Position numbers and translations under genes: made by a program. A stretch of DNA of 63,768 bases, counting the filler, from Actinomycetota bacterium (lineage in GTDB: Bacteria > Actinomycetota > Actinomycetes > JAKEEW01): the NCBI GenBank assembly GCA_046725875.1. It is 4 parts of 4 records of this genome, joined end to end, with 100 filler letters (N's around TTAATTAATTAA, not from the genome) between each part and the next. Parts side by side here need not be neighbours in the genome. Positions count along the whole stretch, not along the records: positions 27,435 to 40,015 come from JBKOZJ010000086.1; positions 40,116 to 59,340 come from JBKOZJ010000088.1; 2 more parts are not named here. One strand, 5' to 3'. Under the pieces are notes generated by a model. It worked only from the letters and a program-made list of their open reading frames with translations. It was not told the origin of the DNA and ran no database searches. Position 1 is the first letter of the stretch, and the number at the start of each line of letters is the position of its first letter. Positions 31,829-41,282 of this stretch are shown here, in pieces.

Positions 31829-32851
31829 GTGACGAGCGATGCTATTCCGGAGAAGGGCCAACCGAGCCTGGAAGGCGAGGCTGCCGCACTACCCGAGCTG
31901 CATCTGGCCGACTGGCGGGCGACCAAGGACACGCTGCACCTGTACTGCCAGATCGTTGGGAAGATCAAGCTGGCTACCACCGCGCCGCGAAACCATTGGT
32001 GGAATGTCCCGCTCTACGTCGACGTCCGCGGTCTGACTACCCGGCGCCTGCATCATCGGCATGCCACGTTCGAGATCACGTTTGATTTCGTCGACCATGC
32101 CCTGGTGATGCGGACCGCGGACGGCCGCATCAGGTCGTTCGCGCTCGGTGGCGGGCTCGCTGTCGCGGACTTCGATGCGCGCCTCCACCAGGTGCTGGGT
32201 GAGCTGGGCGTCGACGTGGAGATCAAGGAGGAGCCGTTCGGCCTGCCCACCACCACGCCGTTCGCCGAGGACGTGCAGCATGCGGCCTGGGACCGCGACG
32301 CCGTCATGCGGTTCGGCCGGATCCTCGACTGGTCAGACTCGGTGTTCGAGGAGTTCAGTGGTTGGTTCAACGGCAAGATCAGCCCCGTGCATCTCTTCTG
32401 GCACAGCCTCGACCTCGCCGTGACCCGGTTCTCGGGCCGTCATGCCCCGCCGTTGGACGCGGATCCCGTCACCAGGGAGGCGTACACCCACGAGGTCATC
32501 TCGTTCGGCTTCTGGCCCGGCGACGACCAGGTCGACGACGCCGCCTACTACTCCTACACCGCACCTGAGCCGCCCGGGCTGCGCGAAGAGCCGCTCTCGG
32601 CGGGCACGTGGATCCCTTCCGGCAGCGGCTCGTTGGCGATCCTGCCGTACGAGACCGTGCGCACCGCGCGCGACCCCAGAACCACCCTGCTCGCCTTCTG
32701 CCAGAGCGCCTACGACGCCGGCGCCCGCCTCGCCGGCTGGGACACCACCAGCTTCACCTCCACCTGGTACCCGACGCCGGAGCAGCTCCAAGAACTCCGC
32801 GCAACCGCCGCCGCCGACCTCGGCCGACCCCAAGACGGATCCCCAGGCTGA
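31829..32851 (+). CDS. DUF5996 family protein
   Basis: TLHLYCQIVGKIKL...NHWWNV, GKISPVHLFWHSLDLAVTRFSG, EAYTHEVISFGFWPG. Confidence 0.9.
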   Translation: MTSDAIPEKGQPSLEGEAAALPELHLADWRATKDTLHLYCQIVGKIKLATTAPRNHWWNVPLYVDVRGLTTRRLHHRHATFEITFDFVDHALVMRTADGRIRSFALGGGLAVADFDARLHQVLGELGVDVEIKEEPFGLPTTTPFAEDVQHAAWDRDAVMRFGRILDWSDSVFEEFSGWFNGKISPVHLFWHSLDLAVTRFSGRHAPPLDADPVTREAYTHEVISFGFWPGDDQVDDAAYYSYTAPEPPGLREEPLSAGTWIPSGSGSLAILPYETVRTARDPRTTLLAFCQSAYDAGARLAGWDTTSFTSTWYPTPEQLQELRATAAADLGRPQDGSPG

Positions 32852-32900
32852 GCCGCCTTCCGTCGGCGGTCGTCACGCACGCAGGGGGTGGGGGACGATA

Positions 32901-34143
32901 CTGACCTCGCTACTGGCCTGGGCTCGTCGACGGGATCCGACCCTGACGAGCATCCGCCGGTCGGCCCGGGTCACCGTCGTGGCGTGCCTCGGCTTCTACC
33001 CCTGCCGGTATTGGCTCGACAACCCCACGATGGCCACGTACGCCCTGTTCGGGACGGTCGCCCTCGGCATGCTCGCGCAGATCCCGGGCACCCCGGCGCA
33101 GCGCAGCCGAACACTGCTCACCGTGCTGCCGGTGGGCTACTTGCTGGTGACCGCGGGGACCTTGCTGTCGGTATTGAATTGGTCCGCGGTGGCCGGGATG
33201 TTCGTATTCGGCTTCCTGGTCAGCTATGTGGGCGTTGGCGGACCTCGGCTGGTTGGGCTGGCCACCGGCGCCCAACTGCTGTACATCCTGCCGTGCTTCC
33301 CGCCGTACGACCCCGGCTCGCTGGGATACCGCCTGGCCGGGCTGACCATCGCGGCCCTGCTCCTCGCCGCGGCCGAGCGGCTGCTGTGGCCGGAACCGGC
33401 GCCTGGCGCTGCCGATCGTCATGCTGGTGGGCTTCGCGGCCGGACCGCTGCTCGGCCTGGGTTGGGGGCAGGCGCTGTTCACATTGGTGATCGCGCTGAT
33501 CTTCGGCCAGCTGGCACCGGCAAACTGGGAGCTGGCCGAGGCGCGGCTCTTCGACGTCACGGTCGGCGCCACGGTCGGCGTACTGATCGGGGTGTTCGCC
33601 TGGCCGTGCGGTGGCGCGGGCGAGTTGTACCAGGCGACGGCGAGCTTCCTGAACGCCAGGGCGGCCGTGGTGCGCGAGACGGTCGCCACGGCCGCGGGCG
33701 GTGCCGGGCCCGGACCGGCGCTGCCCCGGGCTCGGCGGCAGGGACAGTTAGCCGAGGCGTCGTATGCGCTCTACCAGACCGAGCGGCATGAGCCCTCAGC
33801 GGTTGACTGGCAGGCGACGCTGAACGCCGGACATGACGCAGTGAGCTGAGCCGACGCGGTCCTCCGGGCATGCCCGAGCGGGCGGCTGCTGTCGTCCGTG
33901 GTCGCGCTGACCGTCCAGGCCGAGGCGGTCGCCGCCGCGTACGAGCGATTCGCGGCTGGTCTGCTGAGCCACGAGCGGGTGCCGCTGGATCCGATCCCCG
34001 CCGACCCGGGCGGCTGGCCCGCCGACCTCGGGCTTGACCTGTATCACCTCGCCGACCTGCGAGTGTGGCTTGGCCGGCTGGCCGACGACCTGGCCCGGAT
34101 CGCCGCACCTCCGCGCGCCGCAGCGCCGATTTATGCCGGGTAG
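32901..34143 (+). pseudogene. FUSC-family membrane protein, internally deleted and with a stop
   Basis: N-terminal half (ARVTVVAC...YILPCFPPY...LLWPEPAP) joined out of frame near 33405 to a C-terminal half (ALPIVMLVGFAAGP...WELAEARLFDV); TGA at 33847-33849. Confidence 0.72.
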
Positions 34144-34254
34144 CACTCAGGAGGGTGACAAACCCGGACACGAAATTCCCCGTACCTGGCGTAAAGCGGA
34201 AGTCGGCGGCGGGCGGCGAGGCAGCTCGGCCTGCGAGGTCGACCGAGATCCGGG

Positions 34255-35478
34255 TCACTCGGACTCGGGGCGGACCGCGGCGACGGCGAAGGTCGAAACG
34301 GCGGCCAGGACGAGACAGCCGATCCCGATTGCGTGCGTCCAGCCGGCGTCGGTGAAGACCATGAGGCCCACGCCCGTGAGCAGCGTCCCGAGGGTGAGGA
34401 CGGCCCGCAGCGGCCGCGGCTTCTCGCCGGCTGGCCTCCTGCGCACGGGGATCTGGAACCGCGCGCTTGGCGCACCCCAATCCAGGCGGCCACGGAGAAA
34501 GAGTGTGAACAGCAGGGCGAGCGACGGGACGAGCACGATCGCGCCGACTGCGACGGAGACGATGACGGCGATCAGGGTGGTGCGTCCCGCCGCGGCTTGG
34601 CTGACCGTGAGGCCGGGCAGTATGTACGGCCGTTGCGCGAACCCCCAACCGGCGACGATCGCCGCCACGGCGAGCGCGGCCGACGCGCGCGCGACGGTGA
34701 AGAGGCTGCGCCAGACGAGGACGATCGTGACGACGCCGGCGACCGCCGAAACGATGACCATCGCCAGCCCAGCTCCGTCGGTGAGGCCGTCCCAAAGACG
34801 GGGTGCATCGGACCGGGCGACGGCAAGTCCGCCGAGCGCGAGCGCACCGGTGACCACTCCCGCCCAAAGGGCGCGCGCCCGGAAGTCGAGTTCGAGGGTG
34901 TGCCTGCCGATCCGCCGGGCGTCGGCCGCGAGGTAAACGGCGGCGAGATAGGCGCCGGTCGCGACGCCGAGCACGCCGATCATGACCGATGTCGGGTTCA
35001 CCCAGCTCGTCAGCAGGTCGCCCCGAGCGTTCCCGACGGGCACTCGATCGGAGGCGATTGCGCCGACGACGGTGCCGAGGGCGAACGGGGTCAGCACCGA
35101 AGAGAGCGCGAACAGGTTCTCGACCGCGCGCTGCCCGCGGTCCTCCTGGTCGAGCTGGCCGCGCAGCGCGTACGAGGCTCCCCGGAGGATGATCCCGACG
35201 GCGGCGATGAAAAGCGGGACGGCGAGCGTGGAGGTGATCGACGCGAACGCGGTCGGGTAAGCGGTCCAGCAGACGACCAGAATGAAGACGATCCAGACGT
35301 GGTTCGCTTCCCAGACGGGTCCCATCGCATGTCGCGCGTGCTCTCGCGTCTCCAGCCGGCTGACCTGTCCACCGCCGGCGAAGAGTGTCCAGAAGCCGGC
35401 GCCGAAGTCGGCGCCGGCGAGCACGGTGTACGCGGCGATTCCGACAAGGATGAAGACGATCGGGACGTCAGCCAGCAT
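34255..35478 (-). CDS. cydB: Cytochrome bd ubiquinol oxidase subunit II
   Basis: AYTVLAGADFGAGFW, GPVWEANHVW, LRGASY; extra C-terminal TM tail. Confidence 0.93.
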   Translation of the reverse strand: MLADVPIVFILVGIAAYTVLAGADFGAGFWTLFAGGGQVSRLETREHARHAMGPVWEANHVWIVFILVVCWTAYPTAFASITSTLAVPLFIAAVGIILRGASYALRGQLDQEDRGQRAVENLFALSSVLTPFALGTVVGAIASDRVPVGNARGDLLTSWVNPTSVMIGVLGVATGAYLAAVYLAADARRIGRHTLELDFRARALWAGVVTGALALGGLAVARSDAPRLWDGLTDGAGLAMVIVSAVAGVVTIVLVWRSLFTVARASAALAVAAIVAGWGFAQRPYILPGLTVSQAAAGRTTLIAVIVSVAVGAIVLVPSLALLFTLFLRGRLDWGAPSARFQIPVRRRPAGEKPRPLRAVLTLGTLLTGVGLMVFTDAGWTHAIGIGCLVLAAVSTFAVAAVRPESE

Positions 35479-36838
35479 CGTTGATCTCGAGTGGGACGCG
35501 GCTGAAGCGGCGGAGCAGCCAGAAGACGATGCCGGCGAGGCACAGGTAGACGATGGCGAGCGTGCCGTAGCCAACGGGAATGCCGTCTGCGGCCGTCACC
35601 GCCTCCGAGGTTCGCATGACGCGATAGACGATCCAGGGCTGGCGGCCGACCTCGGTCGTGATCCAGCCCGCGATCAGCGCAACGACCGACAGCGGGCCGG
35701 CGATGACGACCGCCCGGTAGAACCAGGGCGATCTCGGCAGCCGCCTGCGGCGGAAGCGAACGTAAAGGTAGATCAGTCCGAGCACGGCGAGCAGCGTGCC
35801 GATGCCGACCATGGTCTGGAAGGCGAACCGGACGACATTCACCGGCGGCTGCTCGTCCACCGGCACGCTGTCCAGCCCGGTGACGGTCGCATTCGGGTCG
35901 TGATAGGCGAGCAACGAGAGCAGGCGAGGGATCTCGATCCCGTAGACCACCTTCTCGCCGTCATACCAGCCGAGCAGATGTTCCGGGGCCCCCTTCGTCG
36001 TCGGACCGAGTCCCTCGATCGCGGCCAGCTTGACCGGCTGCTTGTCGGCCACCTCCCGTGCCGCCCAGTCGCCGATCACGACTTGCAGTGGCGCTGCAAT
36101 CGCGGCGGCCGAAAGTGCGACCGTGAGCGCTGTCCGCTCGTAGCGACCCCAGCGTCCCCGCAGGAAGCCCCAAGCGTACGCGGCGGCGACGACGAAACCG
36201 GCGACGATGTAGCCGGCGAAGTACATGTGTACCAACTCGTGCCAGAAGAACGAGTTGCCGAAGAGCGCCGACCACGGGTGCGCGTCGACGGCCCGGCCGT
36301 CTACCAGCCGGAAGTCGCTGGGATGGTTCATCCAGCCGTTGACTGAAATGACGGTTAGCGAGCCGGTCACCCCCGCGATCGCGACGGGTACTCCGGACAG
36401 GAGGTGCAGCCGCGGACGGAGCCGGTCCCAGCCGTAGACGTAGATGGCGATGAAGATCGCCTCGACGAAGAACGAGAAGCCCTCCAGCGTGAAACCAAGC
36501 CCGAAGACGTTGCCGAAGCTCGCCATGAACTCGGGCCACAGCAGCCCCAGCTCGAAGCTGAGGATGGTTCCGGTGACGACGCCGACGGCGAACAGCGCCA
36601 ACATGATCTTCGACCAGCGCCTCGCCAATGTCCGGTAGACCACATCCCCGGTGCGCAGAGACCGCCATTCGCAGAACAGCACCATCGCCGGAAAGGCGAT
36701 CCCGAAGCAGACCAGCGGGATGTGCACCGCCAGCGAGAGCGCCATCATCTGCCGTGCCTCGAACAGGTACTGCTGGTCGACGGCCGGGAAGCCGGCAGCG
36801 GCAACCGGCAGCGCTCCGTTGACGACGGCGGCCACCAT
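35468..36838 (-). CDS. cydA: Cytochrome bd ubiquinol oxidase subunit I
   Basis: HIPLVCFGI, GVVTGT..SFE, EGFSFFVEAIF, QPVKLAAIEG, GWITTEVGRQPW. Confidence 0.96.
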   Translation of the reverse strand: MVAAVVNGALPVAAAGFPAVDQQYLFEARQMMALSLAVHIPLVCFGIAFPAMVLFCEWRSLRTGDVVYRTLARRWSKIMLALFAVGVVTGTILSFELGLLWPEFMASFGNVFGLGFTLEGFSFFVEAIFIAIYVYGWDRLRPRLHLLSGVPVAIAGVTGSLTVISVNGWMNHPSDFRLVDGRAVDAHPWSALFGNSFFWHELVHMYFAGYIVAGFVVAAAYAWGFLRGRWGRYERTALTVALSAAAIAAPLQVVIGDWAAREVADKQPVKLAAIEGLGPTTKGAPEHLLGWYDGEKVVYGIEIPRLLSLLAYHDPNATVTGLDSVPVDEQPPVNVVRFAFQTMVGIGTLLAVLGLIYLYVRFRRRRLPRSPWFYRAVVIAGPLSVVALIAGWITTEVGRQPWIVYRVMRTSEAVTAADGIPVGYGTLAIVYLCLAGIVFWLLRRFSRVPLEINDAG

Positions 36839-37442
36839 GGATAGTGCTTCTCACCGCACGCGGGCGATGCCCCGGAGGTTCCGTACGTTCGCCAAGGCGA
36901 CCTCGAGCATTCGGCTGCCGCCTCCCTCGAGCACGATGTTGGTCAGCGCAAAGCGCGCGGTCTTGCTCGCCACAGGGTAACCACTGTAGGGCGATGCCGA
37001 ATCGCGAGCATGCCCCATCGGATGAGGGATCGACCGGCGATTACGGCGAAGTGCCGTTGGATACCCGCAAGCGGGAATGCAAGGACCCCAGCCAGTGGCA
37101 AGGTCGCTCGACGTGCGCAGAAATAGCGTGCGAAGTGTCAGCAGCCACGCCTTCACGAGCACACATATGTCTTCGCGGCGTGTCCCCGTCCCATCGTGGA
37201 GGAGATCCGATGGAGATAACCTTCCCCGCGTCGGCGTTCGCCCCGCGGCGGTGGGCTTTTGCCTCGGAACCGGCTATCTCATGTGGGTCCACAGGAAGTG
37301 GCCGGCTGGCCCAGACGCGATGAGCGGATGGACCGGTCGCTTGGCGTATGGCGAATCTGGATGCGGAGTTCTGCCAGTTCCTGGCCGGGATCATCCTGTT
37401 CGTCAGACTGACCTGGCTACAGGTCTTCAAGGAGCCGCCGCT

Positions 37443-38930
37443 CTACATGGCCGCGCTGTGTGCCGGTCGGTCTGGCAGACGCCAGCCGAACGGTGCGGCG
37501 AGCCGGTCGACCGACGGCTGGGGACCCCAAGAGCCGGGGGTGTATAGCTCGACTGGTGGGGGGTGCTCCAGGAGCGGCTGGGAGACTTCCCACAGGCGTT
37601 CGACCGCGGCCTCCTGCGTGAACAGGGACTGATCCCCGAGCATTGCATCGAGGATCAGCCGCTCGTAGCCAGCGAGGCTGTTGGCCGTACAAAATGAATC
37701 GGCGTAGCGGAAGACCAGCTCGCTGGCGCCCAGCCGCACCTCGGCGCCGGGTTCCTTCGCCAGGAAATCGATGGTGATGGAGCCGGGATCAGCAAACTCG
37801 ATGACGATTTCGTTCCGCCGCCCGTGCGGGGTGTCGGTCCGGCGGATCGGGAACATCCGCAGCGGCGGCTCATGGAAGCCGAGCGTCACGACCTGTCGAC
37901 TCGCCGCGAGCCGCTTGCCGGAACGCAGGAAGAACGGGACCCCGGCCCATCGCCAGTTGTCGATCTCGGCGCGCACCGCGGCCATGGTTTCGGTCTGGGA
38001 CTCTGGTGCTACTCCCGGCTCGTCGCGGTAGCCCTCGTACTGGCCACGCACCACGTGACGCACGTCGATCGGCTTCATGGCGTCGAAGACCTTTGCCGTC
38101 TCGTCGCGCAGGTGCTTGGCGTCCAGCGAGGTGGGCGGCTCCATCGCGACAAAGCCCAGGACCTGGAATAGATGGGTGACGATCATGTCCCGGTACGTGC
38201 CGGTGTGGTCGTAGAAATCGGCGCGCCCTTCGATTGAGAGCGTCTCTGGCACGTCGATCTGAACATAGCTGATGTGCCTGCGGTTCCAGACCGGCTCGAA
38301 CAGACCGTTCGCGAACCGGAAGGCCAGGATGTTGTCGACGGACTCCTTGCCGAGGAAGTGGTCGATGCGGAAGACCTGTGACTCGGCGAAGAAGCGACCG
38401 ACGGCCTTGTTCAGGATCCGGGCGGACTGCAAGTCCGTCCCGAACGGCTTCTCCAGGATGATCTGCGACCCGGGGGCGAGGCCCGCCGCACCAAGTAAGG
38501 TCACCGTCGACTCGAAGGCCGCCGGCGGGATCGCGAGATGGAAGAGCCGCCCCGGCGAGCCCGCGATCTTCTGCTCTGCTCGCTCGATCGCCACGACCAG
38601 GGCGGCGGCGTCGGTCGGACCGACGCTGGTAAAAGAGAGCGTCCGCGCGAACGCCTGCCATGCGTCGCCGGTGGGCTTGCTGATGCCGAAGGTGGCGACC
38701 GCCTCTCGGGCAAGTTCTCGGAACTGAGCGTCGGTCATGTGCCGGCGAGATGAGCCGATGATCCGGTACCTGTCCGGCATCAGGCCGGCCGCTGCCAGGT
38801 GGAAAAGTCCGGGCAGCAGCATGCGCCTGGCCAGGTCGCCGGCCGCCCCGAACAGGATGATGACGTAATTCTCCGGGCGGCCAGCTGCCCGAACCTGGCC
38901 GGGCCGGGCAGATCTCGAAGTCAAAGCCAT
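37443..38930 (-). CDS. zwf: Glucose-6-phosphate 1-dehydrogenase
   Basis: FGAAGDLA, EKPFG, RIDHFLGKE, RWAGVPFFLRSGK. Confidence 0.97.
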   Translation of the reverse strand: MALTSRSARPGQVRAAGRPENYVIILFGAAGDLARRMLLPGLFHLAAAGLMPDRYRIIGSSRRHMTDAQFRELAREAVATFGISKPTGDAWQAFARTLSFTSVGPTDAAALVVAIERAEQKIAGSPGRLFHLAIPPAAFESTVTLLGAAGLAPGSQIILEKPFGTDLQSARILNKAVGRFFAESQVFRIDHFLGKESVDNILAFRFANGLFEPVWNRRHISYVQIDVPETLSIEGRADFYDHTGTYRDMIVTHLFQVLGFVAMEPPTSLDAKHLRDETAKVFDAMKPIDVRHVVRGQYEGYRDEPGVAPESQTETMAAVRAEIDNWRWAGVPFFLRSGKRLAASRQVVTLGFHEPPLRMFPIRRTDTPHGRRNEIVIEFADPGSITIDFLAKEPGAEVRLGASELVFRYADSFCTANSLAGYERLILDAMLGDQSLFTQEAAVERLWEVSQPLLEHPPPVELYTPGSWGPQPSVDRLAAPFGWRLPDRPAHSAAM

Positions 38931-39080
38931 AAACCGACCTGCTTTACTTCCGGCTTAATCCCGTCAGCCGAGGCGAGGGGGCCGCGGCGAGATCAGACCC
39001 GATATGCCTCGGCCAGCATCGAAACCTGCGGCGAGTTTACGGCCGAGGTCAGCGTGCGGAACTGTCAGTCTCCGGCTTGC

Positions 39081-40015
39081 TTACGCCGCGGCCGCCAGGG
39101 CGGCACGGACTCGCGTCCCGAGTAGCGCGATCCGCTCGACGGGCTCGTTGCTGAACACGAAGCGAACATGGCGGTCCGCGATCTCGCCGCCCCAGCCGCG
39201 CATGGGAGTGGCGGCGACCTTGTGGTCGAGCAGGCGATTGGAGACCTCCACGCAGTCGAGGCCGAGCGTCGCGACGTTGAGAAGCAGCGACCAGCCTCCC
39301 GCGGCACGGACGACCGGAAGTCCGTCGAGCTGCCGCAGGGTTTCATCGCGCCGTCGTTGCCACTCGGCGTTCGCGGCCTGCAGGTCGTCTTCGGGCGAGC
39401 TGAGAGCGACGCGAACGCCGATCTCCGCGAAGCCGCTCGGCGTGAGCCCGTTGTAAATCTGCACCCGCGAGAGGTCGTTCATGAGATCTCCCGGGGCGAC
39501 GACCCACGCGATGCGCCAGGCGATCATGCGCCGGTCCAATGGATCGCCGATCGTGATGGTCCGGTCGCGCATGTCGGGAATCGTCGCAGGATGAATCACC
39601 TTCCGGCCGTCGAAGAGCACGCCCTCGTAGCCGGCCCAGTACAGCAGCCGTAGATCACGGCTGGTCACAAGATCCGCAATCGCTTCCCACTCGTCGTGGG
39701 ACGCTACCCAGCCGCTCGGGAAGGACGCGTTGTTGATGAAGATGACCCGTGTTCTGTCGCTCACCGCGGCGCGGAGGGCGTCAAGGTCGAGCCGCCACCA
39801 GCCGTCGACAACGTGCAGCGGGGCCAGGCGGGGGATCGCCCCGACCAGTCGTACCCGGTTGATCATCCCCGCGTAAGTCGGGTCCGTCAGGACTACCTCG
39901 TCGCCTGGCTCGGTGAGGCAGAACAGGGCGTCGAGCATCGCCTCTCCCTCGCCGCCGGTGATGACGATCTCGCGGTGGGCGTCGTAGCGCGGCCCGCCGC
40001 GCCGCTCGATGTGAG
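39081..40015 (-). CDS. Class I/II aminotransferase-fold protein (5' end lost at contig break; PLP residues atypical)
   Basis: EPGDEVVLTDPTY, RTITIG..RMIAWRIAW, GWSLLL, VRFVFS. Confidence 0.85.
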
Positions 40016-40115
40016 NNNNNNNNNNNNNNNNNNNNNNNNNNNNNNNNNNNNNNNNNNNNTTAATTAATTAANNNNNNNNNNNNNNNNNNNNNNNNNNNNN
40101 NNNNNNNNNNNNNNN
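40016..40115. other. Artificial contig linker
   Basis: N-run with TTAATTAATTAA. Confidence 0.98.
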
Positions 40116-41096
40116 CTAACGCGGGAGGCGGTGGCGGGCGGTTACGAAGCGCGGCTTGCCGGTCAGATCGCGGTGATCGCGGACATCTGCCCAGCCGAGT
40201 TCCTCGGGAAATACCGCTGGTGCGCTCGCCCATTGCTCGTCGGCATGCTCCACCACGGCGAAGCCGTCTTCACGGAGCAGGCGGCGGGCCGTTCGCTCGA
40301 TGATGCGAATCATGTCCAGCCCGTCCTGGCCGGACCACAGCGCCCGCGGTGGGTCGTACTCGACAACCTCGGGGTCGCGGATCGTGGCGCCGAGCGGGAC
40401 GTAGGGCGGGTTGCTGATCACTAGGTCGACCTGGCCGTCCAGCTCGGGCAGACAACCGTCGATGTCCGCCTGGTGCAGCGTCACCCGCGTCCCGAACCCC
40501 GTCGAGCTGTCCGATCCCGTTCGCATGAATGTGCCGTTCGCTCCATCCGGCGGGAGATGATTGGCGCGTTCACTCGAACCTATCGAGCGAACGTGCCAAT
40601 CATGCGAAAGCGGCAGGGTGGACACGGCGGTGACGTTCTTGCGGGCCCATGCGAGGGCGGCGGGATCGATCTCAACGGCGTGGACTCGGGAGCGCGGTAC
40701 CTCTTGGGCGATGGCGAGCGCGATCGCGCCGGAGCCCGTACACAGGTCGACCACCAGCGGCTCGGCCACGTCCATCGCACGGAGGGAGTCGATCGCCCAT
40801 CCCGTCACGACCTCGGTCTCTGGGCGAGGGATAAAGACGCCCGGGCCGACGGCCAGCTCGAGGTAGCGGAAGTAAGCGCGGCCCGTGATGTGCTGCAGCG
40901 GCTCGCGGGCGGCCCGCCTGGCGACGGCGGCCCAAAACCGGGGATCGAACTCGACGTCGGGCACGCCGTGCAGCTCACCCCGGGGCACGCCGTGAATGGC
41001 TGCGGCGAGCTCCTCAGCGTCCGCCCGCGGCGACGGCACACCCGCCTCCGCGAGCCGTTCGGTTGCCCGCGCCACCTCGCCAAGCAGCAGGTTCAT
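40116..41096 (-). CDS. prmC: Release factor glutamine methyltransferase, with an insertion of about 40-45 aa
   Basis: REPLQHITG, VFIPRPETE, DLCTGSGAIA, SNPPY; follows prfA. Confidence 0.97.
   Translation of the reverse strand: MNLLLGEVARATERLAEAGVPSPRADAEELAAAIHGVPRGELHGVPDVEFDPRFWAAVARRAAREPLQHITGRAYFRYLELAVGPGVFIPRPETEVVTGWAIDSLRAMDVAEPLVVDLCTGSGAIALAIAQEVPRSRVHAVEIDPAALAWARKNVTAVSTLPLSHDWHVRSIGSSERANHLPPDGANGTFMRTGSDSSTGFGTRVTLHQADIDGCLPELDGQVDLVISNPPYVPLGATIRDPEVVEYDPPRALWSGQDGLDMIRIIERTARRLLREDGFAVVEHADEQWASAPAVFPEELGWADVRDHRDLTGKPRFVTARHRLPR
40520..40608. repeat. Palindromic repeat element, copy B, inside the prmC coding sequence
   Basis: ATGATTGGCGCGTTCACTCGA-ACCTA-TCGAGCGAACGTGCCAATCAT (40557-40603) plus a half copy, framed by TTCGCATGA/TCATGCGAA. 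Confidence 0.78.
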
Positions 41097-41165
41097 GCCC
41101 CGACCGCCGTCTCCGCGCTGGCGAGCGGGCGCCAACCCGAAGCCCAGGGTGGCCGACCGCCGCCG

Positions 41166-41253
41166 ATGTGGGACGAGAGGTCCCGGGCCTCGCCCACGGT
41201 CGGGCCGCCCATGTGGGACGAGAGGTCCAGGACCTCGCCCACGGTCCGGCCGC
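41166..41253. repeat. Two tandem 45-bp hairpin units in the prfA-prmC spacer
   Basis: ATGTGGGACGAGAGGTCC(C/A)GG(G/A)CCTCGCCCACGGTC(G/C)GGCCGC at 41166 and 41211. Confidence 0.85.
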
Positions 41254-41282
41254 GAGTGTCCCCCTCACGCGGAAGCGGCATG

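Noticed and set aside
36851..37440. ORFs between cydA and zwf, including a VGFCLG string resembling the dienelactone hydrolase motif
   Set aside because: No coherent frame or further motifs; possibly debris but not supportable.
41166..41253. Possible mini CRISPR array
   Set aside because: Only two contiguous units, no unique spacers and no cas genes.
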